From positions 1 to 64,000 of the IMG/VR virus record IMGVR_UViG_3300044736_000016: DNA of 64,000 nucleotides; one strand, given 5' to 3'. Positions within the stretch are counted from its first letter, which is position 1. Every line of letters begins with the position of its first letter. The translations under genes were made by a program, and so were the position numbers. The stretch comes from a virus. The notes beneath the pieces are model-generated. The model was given only the letters and a program-made list of their open reading frames with translations, made no database searches and was not told where the DNA came from. This document shows positions 17,257 to 27,714 of this stretch, piece by piece.

Positions 17257-17675
17257 CGCGGTCCCACCTTCCGAGCCATGAGCAGTGCGACGATCAGCAG
17301 GCACCCGTGGTGTAGCGCCTGATCAGCTTGGTATGGGCCGTTGACCGGCGTGGACATCTCCGCAAATCCCGCCGATCCGGTATGCCGCAGCAGCCAGCGC
17401 ACCGACCATCTGCGGTCGATGAACGCGTGCGTGGCGCCAGAGAACGCGATGCCTGCCAGCAGAGCCCGCCGGTTGCAGCGCATCCCCGTAGCGGCCAGCA
17501 CCGCGCCGACAGCGACGGCCTGCGTCGCCTGATAGCCGACGATGTGCCCAGCCATCGCACGCCAACTCCGCGCCTTACGCACGGCTTGGGGGTCGGTCTG
17601 GACGAGGTGGTCACCCACGTTGTGCGCGGCCCATAGCGTGGGCAGCAGTGCGGCGAACCTCAGCGGATCAGTCAT
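17253..17675 (-). CDS. DUF3307-family membrane protein
   Basis: HNVGDHLVQT, THAFIDRRW, ADQALH motifs. Confidence 0.8.
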   Translation of the reverse strand: MTDPLRFAALLPTLWAAHNVGDHLVQTDPQAVRKARSWRAMAGHIVGYQATQAVAVGAVLAATGMRCNRRALLAGIAFSGATHAFIDRRWSVRWLLRHTGSAGFAEMSTPVNGPYQADQALHHGCLLIVALLMARKVGPR

Positions 17676-18082
17676 CGCTTATCGTCCAGCTTGCGCAGTG
17701 GCCGTGCCTTGGCGATCTCCCGTGGCACGTAGTCGCCCATGCGGTTGCGGACCCAGCCGTCCGCGGGGATGCCGGTGGCGGCCTCGGCCTGCAGCATGAT
17801 GACGTAGAGAGCACGGCTTCGCGCCTGCTTGCGTCCGGAGCCATCGGCGCAGTCGCGATCCTCGACCTTGCAGGCCGAGTGCAGGCTAGAGATCCCTTGA
17901 GGGAGATCGGACGGTCGCTTCCACCGCCAGAGTTGCCAGCCGACCCGGATAGGTTCGCCGCGGCTGGGCTGAAATGTCAGCGGTCCGATTGCCCAGCCGT
18001 CCGGACCGATCTGGTGCCACGTGTTGTAGATGACCTCGGCTTCAGGTGTTGCGTTCATCTCGGTCACTCCGTCGTCGGTCAT
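17672..18082 (-). CDS. Hypothetical protein, paralog of 29504-29839
   Basis: TWHQIGPDGWAI...ADGWVRNRMGDYVPREI shared with the paralog. Confidence 0.75.
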   Translation of the reverse strand: MTDDGVTEMNATPEAEVIYNTWHQIGPDGWAIGPLTFQPSRGEPIRVGWQLWRWKRPSDLPQGISSLHSACKVEDRDCADGSGRKQARSRALYVIMLQAEAATGIPADGWVRNRMGDYVPREIAKARPLRKLDDKR

Positions 18083-18235
18083 CTACTCATCCCCAGAGCG
18101 GTAGGCCCGGCGGCTAGGTGCAGACCTAGGGAATGCCGCCGGGCCACCGCCATGAGGGAACGCGCGGAGGGTTGCACGGGTGGTGCGCCTATGGGGAGGG
18201 AGTTGCGCGCGTCCATGAGCACTACTTTACACGAC

Positions 18236-18261
18236 ACGGCATCGGAATGCCATGGTATCGT
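18236..18261 (+). promoter_or_regulatory. Operator copy 1 plus extended -10 of the leaderless RHH gene
   Basis: ACGGCATCGGAATGCCAT-GG-TATCGT, then ATG 7 nt later. Confidence 0.65.
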
Positions 18262-18268
18262 TGCAGCC

Positions 18269-18892
18269 ATGACGGAACCGGAGACCCCCCAGCACGACGA
18301 TGACGGGCGCCCCGCCGAGGCGGCGCAGGGGCGAACATCCGTGCCCAGCATCGCGATGCTAGGATCGCCCACCGTTCCGCCATCCCTCCCGGAGAGCGCC
18401 GATGCGCCCGATCCCGTCACTCTCGGCGACGTGACTACTCCCGCAGATCCGCTCAGGCTCCGGATGCGCAACGTCCACTGGGAGGACGAGCTCCACACCT
18501 ACGTCACCGCTGTGCGAAGTGCAGGGGAGGCCATGGGGCTCACACGGGAGGAGTTCACCCTTGCAGCGGTGGTCCGTGAAGCCCTGTACCGATTCCGCGA
18601 CCACCGCCCCGATCCTGCCGACGCCGCCGCACTGATCCTCTGGGGCTGGCAGCGCGCCAAGCCCACCGAGCCACCCAAGACGCGATCCCGCACTCTCTGG
18701 TGGGAGAACGAGCTACAGGACTGGCTCGAGGATGTCGTCCGCGAAGGGAAGCGTGCCGGCAGCAAGGCGTTCAATATCAGCGTCGTGGTCCGCGAGGCCC
18801 TGTACCGGTTCCGTACCCGCTACCCGGAGCCTGCCGTAGCTGCGACGGCGATCATCCGTGGCTGGGAGCGAGAGGCGAAGCGCGAAGGCTAG
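18269..18892 (+). CDS. Tandem (duplicated) ribbon-helix-helix-like DNA-binding protein, candidate repressor
   Basis: Two internal repeats: RMRNVHWEDEL...VVREALYRFR..PDPADAA and RSRTLWWENEL...VVREALYRFR..PEPAVAA. Confidence 0.65.
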   Translation: MTEPETPQHDDDGRPAEAAQGRTSVPSIAMLGSPTVPPSLPESADAPDPVTLGDVTTPADPLRLRMRNVHWEDELHTYVTAVRSAGEAMGLTREEFTLAAVVREALYRFRDHRPDPADAAALILWGWQRAKPTEPPKTRSRTLWWENELQDWLEDVVREGKRAGSKAFNISVVVREALYRFRTRYPEPAVAATAIIRGWEREAKREG

Positions 18893-19199
18893 CCGTATCC
18901 TTTGGATACTGCGACCCGGTCTCCGCTACCTCGTGAGGCCGAAGACTACGAGAAGGAAGATGACGACGAGCAGCAGGAGCACGCCTGTCTGACTGCTCAT
19001 CGGCCCACCGGCGACATCAGCGATCATCCGGCTGGTCACGCCTGACTCCTCGGCACGAACGCCCAGAGCCACAGCCCCAGCATTCCGACCATGGTGAGCC
19101 CGGTCGCCCAGCCCAGCGGGGAGATGTAGACGGCAGCGCAGGCGACCACACCGGCACCTGCTCCGAGGTCCGAGACGGTCACGCGCGGCTGGCTGCTGG

Positions 19200-19514
19200 T
19201 CATTGGCGTGATGGCAGCGCAGCGTCGCAGATATTGAAGATGGCATGACAACTCTCGCAGTCGTCCTTGCCGTGGTCTGCCTCTGGCTGGATATTGTTAC
19301 GCAGCAAGGTCTCTAGTTCAGCGTTCCGCGCCCGTAGCTTGTCGCGCAGGGTCTTCTCAGCTTGAATGTACGGCGCCATCGCTGCGGCTTCAGTCTCCAA
19401 CTCGGCAACGCGGGCGAGGGCGGCATCACGTTCCGCGCAGATGGTATCGATGATCTCGTTGGTATCGTGCTCGCTCAGGGCCACGCCGTTCTCGTGTCTG
19501 TAGAACCGAGTCAT
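19200..19514 (-). CDS. Coiled-coil hypothetical protein
   Basis: GGAGG RBS, coupled. Confidence 0.6.
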   Translation of the reverse strand: MTRFYRHENGVALSEHDTNEIIDTICAERDAALARVAELETEAAAMAPYIQAEKTLRDKLRARNAELETLLRNNIQPEADHGKDDCESCHAIFNICDAALPSRQ

Positions 19515-19717
19515 CGCGGATCCTCCCATGTCCATCCCTGCGCCGCCTTGCAGTCCGGGCACAGCCTACCCCGTGTCGCGTCGTACTCGTGCGCGAAGCT
19601 ACAGTCGGTCAGGTCGTGCGTGCAGACTGCCCGTAGCGGGTGAACGTAGTCCATGACGCCCTGCGGTTCGCGGAAATGCCACTCGCGGTTGACCGTGTCG
19701 AGGTAGTTGGTGATCAT
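19511..19717 (-). CDS. Hypothetical Cys-containing protein
   Basis: Coupled overlaps. Confidence 0.55.
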   Translation of the reverse strand: MITNYLDTVNREWHFREPQGVMDYVHPLRAVCTHDLTDCSFAHEYDATRGRLCPDCKAAQGWTWEDPR

Positions 19718-19935
19718 CCTGCTCTCCTACGGCGTCCGCCTATCCCGCTATCAGCGTAGACGTATCGCAGCCAAGTGTCGGTATAGGCGATGCAGCCATC
19801 GGTGACGCACCGGTAGCGAAAGGCCCGACGACCGTCCACTTCCAGTTCCAACCGTGCCTCTGGTTGGCGACACTGCGAGCATCGTGCTCGTGCGATCACT
19901 TCGCCATTATGTAGTTGAGGAGCGTCTGTGGTCAT
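19714..19935 (-). CDS. Hypothetical zinc-ribbon protein
   Basis: CSQC...C..DGC; TAATG coupling. Confidence 0.5.
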   Translation of the reverse strand: MTTDAPQLHNGEVIARARCSQCRQPEARLELEVDGRRAFRYRCVTDGCIAYTDTWLRYVYADSGIGGRRRRAG

Positions 19936-20207
19936 TATGTCGTCACTCCGTTCGCCGCGAACTCGAAGGCAGGAGTGAAGGCGCCGTCGCCCGGTATCCC
20001 CAGCCAATGGTCGAGCATGTCTCCGAGGGTGTAGAGCATCTGCGCTGCCCGCTCGGTGTTCGCGGTGAGGCAGCCGCACTCCACGATGGTGCCCAGGCGC
20101 GTGTCGGGATCGCGCTCGAGTTCGTGTCCATCGCCGCCGCATGCCTCGCACCGTGGGTCCGCGCCAACCGTCAGGACCGTCGAAATGGCAGGTGCGTCGG
20201 TGATCAT
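19935..20207 (-). CDS. Hypothetical protein with a DnaJ-like CxxCxGxG repeat
   Basis: CEACGGDG...ECGC; GGAGG RBS. Confidence 0.55.
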   Translation of the reverse strand: MITDAPAISTVLTVGADPRCEACGGDGHELERDPDTRLGTIVECGCLTANTERAAQMLYTLGDMLDHWLGIPGDGAFTPAFEFAANGVTT

Positions 20208-20624
20208 CGTCCAGCCTCCGTGCAGAGTTGACCGAGCGCACGGGCGTAGGTGTCTACGAGCATCGCGTCGTGGTTGCCCTCCCACCCGAAGGGGCCAGTG
20301 CGGCGAGCCTCCAACGGCCAGCCATCGAGGTAGACGCCATGGGTGTCCGCCATGATCTGTCCCATGGAGTTGTCGAGCAGGCAGATCGCCTCGCGTCGGG
20401 TCTCCCCGGTCATCGTCACGCTCCCCCAGTGTGCATGTCGCACTCGTAGGTCTCGCCGCAGATCGGGCACTCGGGGCATCCCTTCGGCGCCAGTTCGGAC
20501 GCAGCGTGCAGGGCTGCGACGACGTAGGTGGGCAGGCTGGCCCCGTCCTCCTCAGCCCTCAGCAGCGCACCTGACGCGGCCAAGGCGACGGCGCTGGGGG
20601 TCATGGGGTCTGCGGTACGTACCA

Positions 20625-20966
20625 TCACACAATCTCAGCGACGATCTCGACGTCTTGGATTGGGTGTATCCTCTTGGTCACGGTGCGCGTTTGGGTTCCG
20701 GAATATGTGACTCGAACAACCGTACGCTGCATCTCCACCAGACCGGGGGTGCCATCAGGGATCGGACGTCGGTAGCAGACTGACCAGTCCTTCCACTCGC
20801 GTCCCAGTCGTCCACGACACCGCCTAGCTGTCTCGACAGACTTGTGTAGGTGAGTGCAGTCGAAGGACCACACCGTGCCACCCTCTGCCGCCATCAGTGT
20901 GTAGTACCGCTGCGGATGGCCGCTCCTGTAGGCGTCCGTAGCGATCACCACCAAGCGATCAGTCAT
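20625..20966 (-). CDS. Hypothetical protein
   Basis: GAGGGAG RBS; downstream of operator/promoter copy 2. Confidence 0.6.
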   Translation of the reverse strand: MTDRLVVIATDAYRSGHPQRYYTLMAAEGGTVWSFDCTHLHKSVETARRCRGRLGREWKDWSVCYRRPIPDGTPGLVEMQRTVVRVTYSGTQTRTVTKRIHPIQDVEIVAEIV

Positions 20967-21073
20967 TAGACATCTCCCTCTTGGTCAAGGGCGGGAGCCG
21001 TGTCATGCGGCCCCCGCCCCATCTGACGAGGGCTACTCTCTGCCCCGCCGCGGCTGCGTCCCTCATGCCGACC

Positions 21074-21102
21074 ACGATACCACGGCATTGGAATGCCGTC
21101 CA
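21074..21102 (-). promoter_or_regulatory. Promoter with palindromic operator (copy 2)
   Basis: TGGACG-17bp-TATCGT containing the perfect palindrome ACGGCATT-NN-AATGCCGT (21082-21099). Confidence 0.75.
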
Positions 21103-21128
21103 GCACGCGTTACCGGACCGCGACGAGG

Positions 21129-22685
21129 TCAGGCTGCGCCGTCCGTGGTCTCCCGCACCTCGGCGAACATGCCGATCCGGTCGCGGGCGTCGTCCACCCA
21201 CCGTCGCTCCTGCTCTATGCCGATGCAGGAGATATCCCGCCCGAGCCCTTGGGATGCGATCCCAGTGGTACCGCTGCCGAAGAACGGGTCCAAAACGGTG
21301 CCGCCAGGCGGCGTAACCAACCCAACGAGCCATCCCATGATGCTGACCGGCTTGACCGTGGCGTGTCCAGTGCGATCCGCCAGCCCCTCTCTGCGCTCAG
21401 CCGAGCTCGCCTTGGCGGTGTAGCGGAAGCGGGCAGTGTCGAGGTCGGCGTCGGTCCAGTTCGTCACCGTGAAGAACCGCGATGCCCCTCCGGTCGACGC
21501 CACGGTCGTAGGGCTGTCGTCACCATCAGAGCCGCCACCGTAGCCGATGCCCTTGCGCACACCGGCTCGGCGACCACCCGATGTTCGCTCTCCTGCCTGC
21601 TCATCGAGGATACGCACGGGACAGTCGGGTCCGCACTCCCACATAGAGATGGTCTCCGTGCCGTCAGGGTCAGCGTAGCCGCGGTCGGTGCCCGCTTCGA
21701 GCATCCCGGTGCCGTAGTTGCCGGAGAACTTCTCGGTCCCGGTTGAGTTGCGGCCGACGTGCGTTCCGGTCCGCACTTTCCGTGTCCCTACCTCTCGGCA
21801 GGACGGAGAGTGCGTGAACAGGACGTTTGCAGGGTGTCGACCCAGCGTCTCTGCCTTAGCTACCTTATCGGCCGTGGTGGCGGCGTAGTTCTCGCGCTCC
21901 GCAGCGTCGTGCATCCACGGCCGGTCCCAACCTTCCCCGACCGCGGTGGGGCCACCAAGCCGTCCACCGCCGCGTTCGTCGCTGGTTTCTACGCGGCTCC
22001 CGTCTACGTTGATCGCCCCGGTCCCATGCTTCAGCACGTTGCGTGCCACTGAGCCCTCGGACAGCGGCTTTCGTGCGAGGCAGATCAGCTCGACTGCGGG
22101 CTTGAGCCCGGTTCCCCATCCATCCCACTGCTGGGCGGCATCGGTAGTGGCGACGGAGCGCGTGATCTTCGAGGCATCACGGTCCGTGGGCCGATAGCCT
22201 GCCTCGAACCGTGTGTGTGCATGAAGTGCCGATGTTCCTGCGCGCTCCGTCGCCACTACCCTTCGCTTCGCCCCCGCTGCCTTGTCGATCGCCTTGGACA
22301 CGTCTAGGCTTTTCGGCATCCCGCTGCCGAACATCCAAGTGATGCAGTCACGCACCTCGAACCCCGCGTCCTCGATCGCGCAGGCGAGGCGGTGGTACGT
22401 TCTCGGACTTCCGAATGCGACGAGGTGCGCCCCCGGCTTCAGCACGCGCCATACGGCTCGCCACGTCTCAGGCTGAAACGCGACATCTGTGTCCCACGTT
22501 GCATTCATGAAGCCCCGTGTGATCCGCGCGTAGACGGGATGCTGCGTCGGCTGCTGTCCCGGCCCGTATCGCTTGCTGATGGTGCCGAGCGCATACGGCG
22601 GATCGGTCACGCATGCGTCGATACTGTCCGGCTCCATCGTTGCGATAACCTTACGGCAGTCTCCGTGCCAGATGACGACGCTCAT
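21129..22685 (-). CDS. DNA N6-adenine/N4-cytosine methyltransferase (beta class, phage type)
   Basis: DACVTDPPY, HATVKP, VLDPFFGSGTTG. Confidence 0.93.
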   Translation of the reverse strand: MSVVIWHGDCRKVIATMEPDSIDACVTDPPYALGTISKRYGPGQQPTQHPVYARITRGFMNATWDTDVAFQPETWRAVWRVLKPGAHLVAFGSPRTYHRLACAIEDAGFEVRDCITWMFGSGMPKSLDVSKAIDKAAGAKRRVVATERAGTSALHAHTRFEAGYRPTDRDASKITRSVATTDAAQQWDGWGTGLKPAVELICLARKPLSEGSVARNVLKHGTGAINVDGSRVETSDERGGGRLGGPTAVGEGWDRPWMHDAAERENYAATTADKVAKAETLGRHPANVLFTHSPSCREVGTRKVRTGTHVGRNSTGTEKFSGNYGTGMLEAGTDRGYADPDGTETISMWECGPDCPVRILDEQAGERTSGGRRAGVRKGIGYGGGSDGDDSPTTVASTGGASRFFTVTNWTDADLDTARFRYTAKASSAERREGLADRTGHATVKPVSIMGWLVGLVTPPGGTVLDPFFGSGTTGIASQGLGRDISCIGIEQERRWVDDARDRIGMFAEVRETTDGAA

Positions 22686-22899
22686 GTCCGCTCCCGCAGC
22701 CATACGTCTACGGCGGCTGGCACGTAGGGATGCACCTCGCCCTTGCGCAGCCTACGAGCCACCAACGGGTCATCGCGGTCCGCAGGCTGGCCACCGGACG
22801 CCACGGTGCGCTCAGGGAGGTCACGGCTGCACAGATCGCTCACCACGGCGGCTGCGTTGCGGATGGTGGAGGTGGGCTTCCTCACGGCCGTAATGGTAC

Positions 22900-23160
22900 T
22901 CACGATGCGGGCAGGCGCCACCGGATCTGCTGTGCGATGGCCCCTGCCTCGGGGTCGACGGCTTGCACGTCATCGCGGCTGACGAAGTCGAGCACGCGCT
23001 GTAGCAGCGGTACGTAGCCGGCATCGCGGGTTGCGGACTCCTCCCTGCGCTCCTCTGCTTCAACCTCCAGTTCGCCAACACGTCTCTGGAGCCGCGCGTT
23101 CTCCTCAGCCATCCAGACGTAGCCTCGCTCGTAGGACCGCTGCACTGGATCGGCGCTCAC
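22900..23160 (-). CDS. Coiled-coil hypothetical protein
   Basis: RBS GAGGGA, coupled. Confidence 0.55.
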   Translation of the reverse strand: MSADPVQRSYERGYVWMAEENARLQRRVGELEVEAEERREESATRDAGYVPLLQRVLDFVSRDDVQAVDPEAGAIAQQIRWRLPAS

Positions 23161-23597
23161 GGTGTATCCCTCAGTGATCGGAGTGCGTCACGACCAGCCA
23201 AGGTGCGGTGGTCGCAGAACTCTTGGTGTCCTCGTCGGTATATGCATCCGTCTTCCGCGATCAGATCGTCTAGGACACGTGCCATCTGCATCAGCGTCTC
23301 ACCATGCCCCACCAGCCAGTCCACGTACTCAGCCATGGCCCACAGCCCGCCACCGTCAGTCTCACCCTGCTGGCGCAACTCCTCGCCTCGAGCGAGCACG
23401 TCGGCTGTGGTCACGGGCGCATCCTCGCTTCCCGCCATGCCTGCAAGCCGAGCCAACCAGCAGCAGCCATATAGCCGATGGCAAAGGGCAGTTCGGCGGC
23501 AAGGTTCCTGTGCATGGGGACTACGGCCCAAACCACGGTATATCCGATCGTCATGATACCGATGGCGATCCACCACGGCAGCGCTCGTAGAATCATG

Positions 23598-23993
23598 TTA
23601 GAACTCCTCCCTACGCGCCGAACCACGACGCCTCATCGACCAGTGCATCCCGAGATAGCAGCCCACGACCAGGAGCACACCCTGCAACGTGACGGCATGT
23701 CGGAGTGCCATGGTGGCGACCACGCTGTCGCCGATGAGCAGGAACAGCAGCGCAGCGCAGCCGTGCCTCTGTGCCCGGACATGATGCCGAGCGTGACGCG
23801 ACTGGACGTACCCCGGTCCCGGCGTGTCGATGTAGTCGGTGATCCTCGTGCGCCCGAAGGTGCGGTGAGCCCAGCGCGGCCCGATCTGCGGGGAGATACC
23901 GCTGCGCGAGAGGACGATGCTGAACACTCCGGGGATGATGCGGACACGTCGGTAGAAGCGCCAGTGCCAGCCACCGCGGCGACGTGTGGTCAT
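23598..23993 (-). CDS. DUF4236-like membrane protein
   Basis: WRFYRRVRIIPG..SIVLSRSGISPQIG...PGPG followed by two TM segments. Confidence 0.7.
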   Translation of the reverse strand: MTTRRRGGWHWRFYRRVRIIPGVFSIVLSRSGISPQIGPRWAHRTFGRTRITDYIDTPGPGYVQSRHARHHVRAQRHGCAALLFLLIGDSVVATMALRHAVTLQGVLLVVGCYLGMHWSMRRRGSARREEF

Positions 23994-24433
23994 GCCGACT
24001 GCGCCGCGGGTCGGAGTTCGACGGTTGCGCCCTCGGCCCGCATGGCGTTGACGATGGCGGTCGCGTCTCCCGCGTAGATGTCCTCGCGCACCACGGCGGG
24101 GAGCGAGTTCGCCAACTGGGCGGCAGCGGCAAGGGTGAGGAGCGGGTTTGACCAGCGGATCTCCTTGATGACGTTGAGTTTCTTCGGCCCGACCTCGACC
24201 AGCACCACGTCGACACGCCGCTTGGCCGTTGGCTCCACGGTCACCGCAGGCTCGCCCTCCACGTACATGAGCGGATCGTTACAGTAGTTCTCTGCGTCGA
24301 TCGCAGCCATCGCCTCCGGGTCGGTTTTGCCTCCGTAGTCGGACGGGTTCGCTGTGTACGTCCAGCGGAAAGTGACGGTGGCGACGAGTTCGACCGCTCC
24401 GTCCTCTGGCGTGGAGTTGGGCTGCTCGGTCAT
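23990..24433 (-). CDS. Protein with a C-terminal ribosomal protein bL12 (L7/L12) CTD-like domain
   Basis: VDVVLVEVGPKKLNVIKEIR...LTLAAAAQLANSLPAVVREDI...EGATVEL. Confidence 0.82.
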   Translation of the reverse strand: MTEQPNSTPEDGAVELVATVTFRWTYTANPSDYGGKTDPEAMAAIDAENYCNDPLMYVEGEPAVTVEPTAKRRVDVVLVEVGPKKLNVIKEIRWSNPLLTLAAAAQLANSLPAVVREDIYAGDATAIVNAMRAEGATVELRPAAQSA

Positions 24434-24711
24434 CACTCGCTCTCCTCGGGCATGTAAAGACGGTCCACGTACTGGGGCGGGCTCTCTCCCAACGCGCCGC
24501 TCACTCGGGCCAGCCACACATGCTTGGTGCCGTACATTCGGAGCCGAGCACCATCGGAGTGGTCGTGCTCTGACGCCCACACGATCTCACGGCCCTGCTC
24601 CAGCAGTCGACGGTACGCCTGCACCTCATCGATCAACGCCGCGGCAGCCTCCGGGGAGATGCGGCCGTCCTCGTTGAGTGCAAGTTTGTCGATGTCGATG
24701 CGGGTCGTCAT
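24433..24711 (-). CDS. Hypothetical protein
   Basis: GGAGG RBS, coupled. Confidence 0.55.
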   Translation of the reverse strand: MTTRIDIDKLALNEDGRISPEAAAALIDEVQAYRRLLEQGREIVWASEHDHSDGARLRMYGTKHVWLARVSGALGESPPQYVDRLYMPEESE

Positions 24712-25098
24712 GACCGCGCCCTCCACGCGATGTAGTCCTGTATCGCCATGCTCTCGGCCATGTCCGCGCTGACCTGCGCGACCATACAGGCGGGATGCCA
24801 CGGCCGCCCGTCGCCATCGTGGGCCGCCGCAGCGTCGTCAAGGCTCACGGAGCACTGCACACACCAGACGCGGATGCGGTCCGTCATGGCTCGAACACGC
24901 AGCGCAGGCTGAGCTCGCAGCCGTGACAGACGAGCCAGAACACCTCTGGATCTCGGCGTCGGCGCCCTAGATAGTGCCTGCGGCGGCACTCCTCGCAGGT
25001 GATCGTGATGAGTTTCAGCGCTCGGTCTACTGGGGCGTGCGGACTGGTGGGGCCGACGCCGAACACCCCCCAGCGCGAGTCGTAGTCGGTCTGAGCTT

Positions 25099-25335
25099 TC
25101 ACGCTGCGGGTACCTCGCTGACGAGACGGTACCCACTGCGCAACCGGTCAAGGCGGATGCGTGTGATCCTGCCGCGTGGGTCAGCGATGTTCACGCACTC
25201 AGCGTATGGGCGATCCTGCGTGTCACAAGTGCGTCCGCCTCGTCTGATACCAACCACACGCAGTTTGCGTCCGACAGATCGGCGGTCCTTGTCGGCCCAC
25301 ACCTGATCTGTCCTGACCTCCAGTGCAGCCGTCAT
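25099..25335 (-). CDS. Small beta-barrel-like hypothetical protein
   Basis: VRTDQVWADKDRR..GRKLRVV...RITRIRLDRL..GYRLV. Confidence 0.6.
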   Translation of the reverse strand: MTAALEVRTDQVWADKDRRSVGRKLRVVGIRRGGRTCDTQDRPYAECVNIADPRGRITRIRLDRLRSGYRLVSEVPAA

Positions 25336-25604
25336 CCCTGAGCCTCCGTGGCAGATCTGATGTGTCCGATGGCGGCGTCGAGATACTCGCCAAACCCGCC
25401 GGCATCCCGGAGAGTTCCGCTCTGTGCGTCGACGATACTGAACCGAGCGAAGTCGTAGAGCGTCACCCGTCCGTCCCCCACATCGGTTTCGAGCATGAGA
25501 GAGCCGAGGATTTCGCGGGCTTCCGCAAGCGCCGAGACGGTGTCTGCGTAGTGCCGGCGTGCTTCGGTGATCTTCACGATCGCCAGGTCTGCTGTGGCGC
25601 TCAT
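25332..25604 (-). CDS. Hypothetical protein
   Basis: GGAGG RBS, ATGA coupling. Confidence 0.6.
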   Translation of the reverse strand: MSATADLAIVKITEARRHYADTVSALAEAREILGSLMLETDVGDGRVTLYDFARFSIVDAQSGTLRDAGGFGEYLDAAIGHIRSATEAQG

Positions 25605-25981
25605 GCCGTGTCCTCCGGTAGCAGACGGACGAGGGCGTCGAGTGCCTTGTCCCGCGGAGGAACCGCCTTCACGTACGCCTGACCGTTGTATGGACCATTG
25701 GTGCCATCCACACGACGCACAGCGCGGTGTGTCTCAGCGATCTCGCGGACGATTTCCAGGGGCGCGTCCCAATCGTTGCGGTACCGACCTCCGTCCGGGA
25801 TCCCCAGCGCCTTGGCGAAGTGGGCCTCGCGCTCGCGCTGGAACTCGCGCCGGAAGGCGATCGTCTCACGCTGCCTCTCGCACTCTCGGATCAGCGCATC
25901 GGCGAACTTTGGCTCCAGCGGCGCGGTATGGCCAGCGGAGAGGCGGTGCGCCTTGACCTCGGCGAGAATGTCGCGTGCCAT
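25601..25981 (-). CDS. Hypothetical protein
   Basis: GGAGGT RBS, coupled. Confidence 0.55.
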   Translation of the reverse strand: MARDILAEVKAHRLSAGHTAPLEPKFADALIRECERQRETIAFRREFQREREAHFAKALGIPDGGRYRNDWDAPLEIVREIAETHRAVRRVDGTNGPYNGQAYVKAVPPRDKALDALVRLLPEDTA

Positions 25982-25982
25982 C

Positions 25983-26657
25983 TCAGTGCACCTCCACGCA
26001 ACCGGAACTCTGACGCAGCCTGCCGGCGACCTCCTCCAGCCACTCCAGCGTGACCTCCGCGACGTCAACCCCTACGGGGTAGTGCGACGGCAGGAGTTGG
26101 CTGCGCTGCTTATCTGTCAGCGATAGCACGTCCGCGATGGCTGCGATGCGTGCGGAGCGGGTCTGTTCCTCGCGTCGCTGTGCCTCACGCTCTGCGTTCT
26201 GTCGCTCCCGCTCTGCTCGCCGTGCGGCCTCGTGCTCGTCCAGAGGCGCCAGCGCGTCGCGGGGCTCGAGGATGGTCGGCTTCCACTCCCAGCGGAGAGG
26301 GTCCGGGATCTCCTCTTGTAGAAGCGGGTTCTTGTCACGCGCCCGCAGGTACCTCGCATAGTCACCGTTGGACCATGAGCGGAGTTCTGCGCGGATCCGC
26401 TCCGCTTCCTCCTCACCCACGTACTCCGGGTTCGGCATCATCAGCGGGACGCGCTCAGCGGCGGGCAGCCCGATCTCGATGCTGCGGTAGCCACCGAAGC
26501 GGTCCCTGTACGGCTTCTCGCCCTTCTCTGCAAGCCGCCACACATCCTCGTGTCCGCGCTGCTTAACAAGCGCCCACAACTCCTCCTTGACCACCATGAC
26601 GGGATCGCCATGCTTCACCGCGTAGAGCACGCCTGCCTTGACGTCTGCTCGCTTCAC
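25983..26657 (-). CDS. Hypothetical protein
   Basis: Long ORF with protein-like composition; GTGA coupling. Confidence 0.65.
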   Translation of the reverse strand: MKRADVKAGVLYAVKHGDPVMVVKEELWALVKQRGHEDVWRLAEKGEKPYRDRFGGYRSIEIGLPAAERVPLMMPNPEYVGEEEAERIRAELRSWSNGDYARYLRARDKNPLLQEEIPDPLRWEWKPTILEPRDALAPLDEHEAARRAERERQNAEREAQRREEQTRSARIAAIADVLSLTDKQRSQLLPSHYPVGVDVAEVTLEWLEEVAGRLRQSSGCVEVH

Positions 26658-27514
26658 TGGGGGCTGCCATCATTGCTGCTCTGGCTGAGGAAGTTCTCTT
26701 CGACCGTGCGCATGAACTCCATCTTGCCGAACTCCTGGCGGGCGATCTCGAGCGCGGTCGTACGGTCACCGTCCTCGACGGCCCAGTAGAAGCGGCGCTC
26801 TGGCGGTGCCGTTGGACCTCGCCACGGATCCTCTCCACGCTGTACCGCTGCGGCGAGCTCCTGCACCGCGGGAATCTCCATCAGCGAATCTTCGAGGTCG
26901 TGCATCGCGACGGCGAACTCGTTCCCGCTCAGCGCGAAGCCTGCCTGCACCTGCTCCCAACGTTCCTGGTCGGTGAGTGGTGTCGCTGGCGAGGCGGTGG
27001 GCCACGGCGAAACCAACGCCGCTCGCTCGGCCTCGGAATGTCCGGACTGATCCTCAGCTGCGCGGAAGCACTCGTCAACGAGAGCGTCGGGGTCTCGCGG
27101 CAACGGCGAAGTGTGGAGCGGACCGCCGATCTGGGCGACAATCTCCCAGCCTCGCGCCGTGAGCGTACCGATCAACTCGGCCTCGTGCGTCTCGGCGAAC
27201 TCGGGATGTGCCTCAACCCTCTTGCGGGGGAGGGGGCGTACGGTGCGGAGTCGGTATGGGTTGCAGTCGAGGGTCATCAGTCCGCGGCCACTCAGCGACC
27301 CGAGCGTGTCCCTTCCCACCTTCCGGCCGGACCCGTCGCGTCGGTCTGCGAGTTCACCGATCCGTCCGTCGACGTACTGCGCAGCCAGCCGTAGCGCGTT
27401 CTTGCCGAGTGCGCTCAGCCCCCTCGTCTGCCAACGGCGGTAGAACTGAGGCGAGCACCATCCGGGATCATCAGGGTCGGTGAGGACAATCGTATCGTTC
27501 GTCACGTCCATCAT
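26654..27514 (-). CDS. Hypothetical protein
   Basis: Long ORF, coupled. Confidence 0.6.
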   Translation of the reverse strand: MMDVTNDTIVLTDPDDPGWCSPQFYRRWQTRGLSALGKNALRLAAQYVDGRIGELADRRDGSGRKVGRDTLGSLSGRGLMTLDCNPYRLRTVRPLPRKRVEAHPEFAETHEAELIGTLTARGWEIVAQIGGPLHTSPLPRDPDALVDECFRAAEDQSGHSEAERAALVSPWPTASPATPLTDQERWEQVQAGFALSGNEFAVAMHDLEDSLMEIPAVQELAAAVQRGEDPWRGPTAPPERRFYWAVEDGDRTTALEIARQEFGKMEFMRTVEENFLSQSSNDGSPQ

Positions 27515-27714
27515 CTCAGTTCCCGCTCACGAATGCGATGGCGACGAGGATGACGATGCCCACGAACAGCCAACGTGGCATGCCGAGGATCATCGCGCTG
27601 GTCCTCCGGGTCGGCTTGCGCCGAGGCGCGTGGCTGGCGGTGTGCGTCTTGGGTAGCCCGCTCACGACGACGAGCGGACCTACCCTGCGGGCGCGGATCG
27701 TGGAGGTGGCCATG

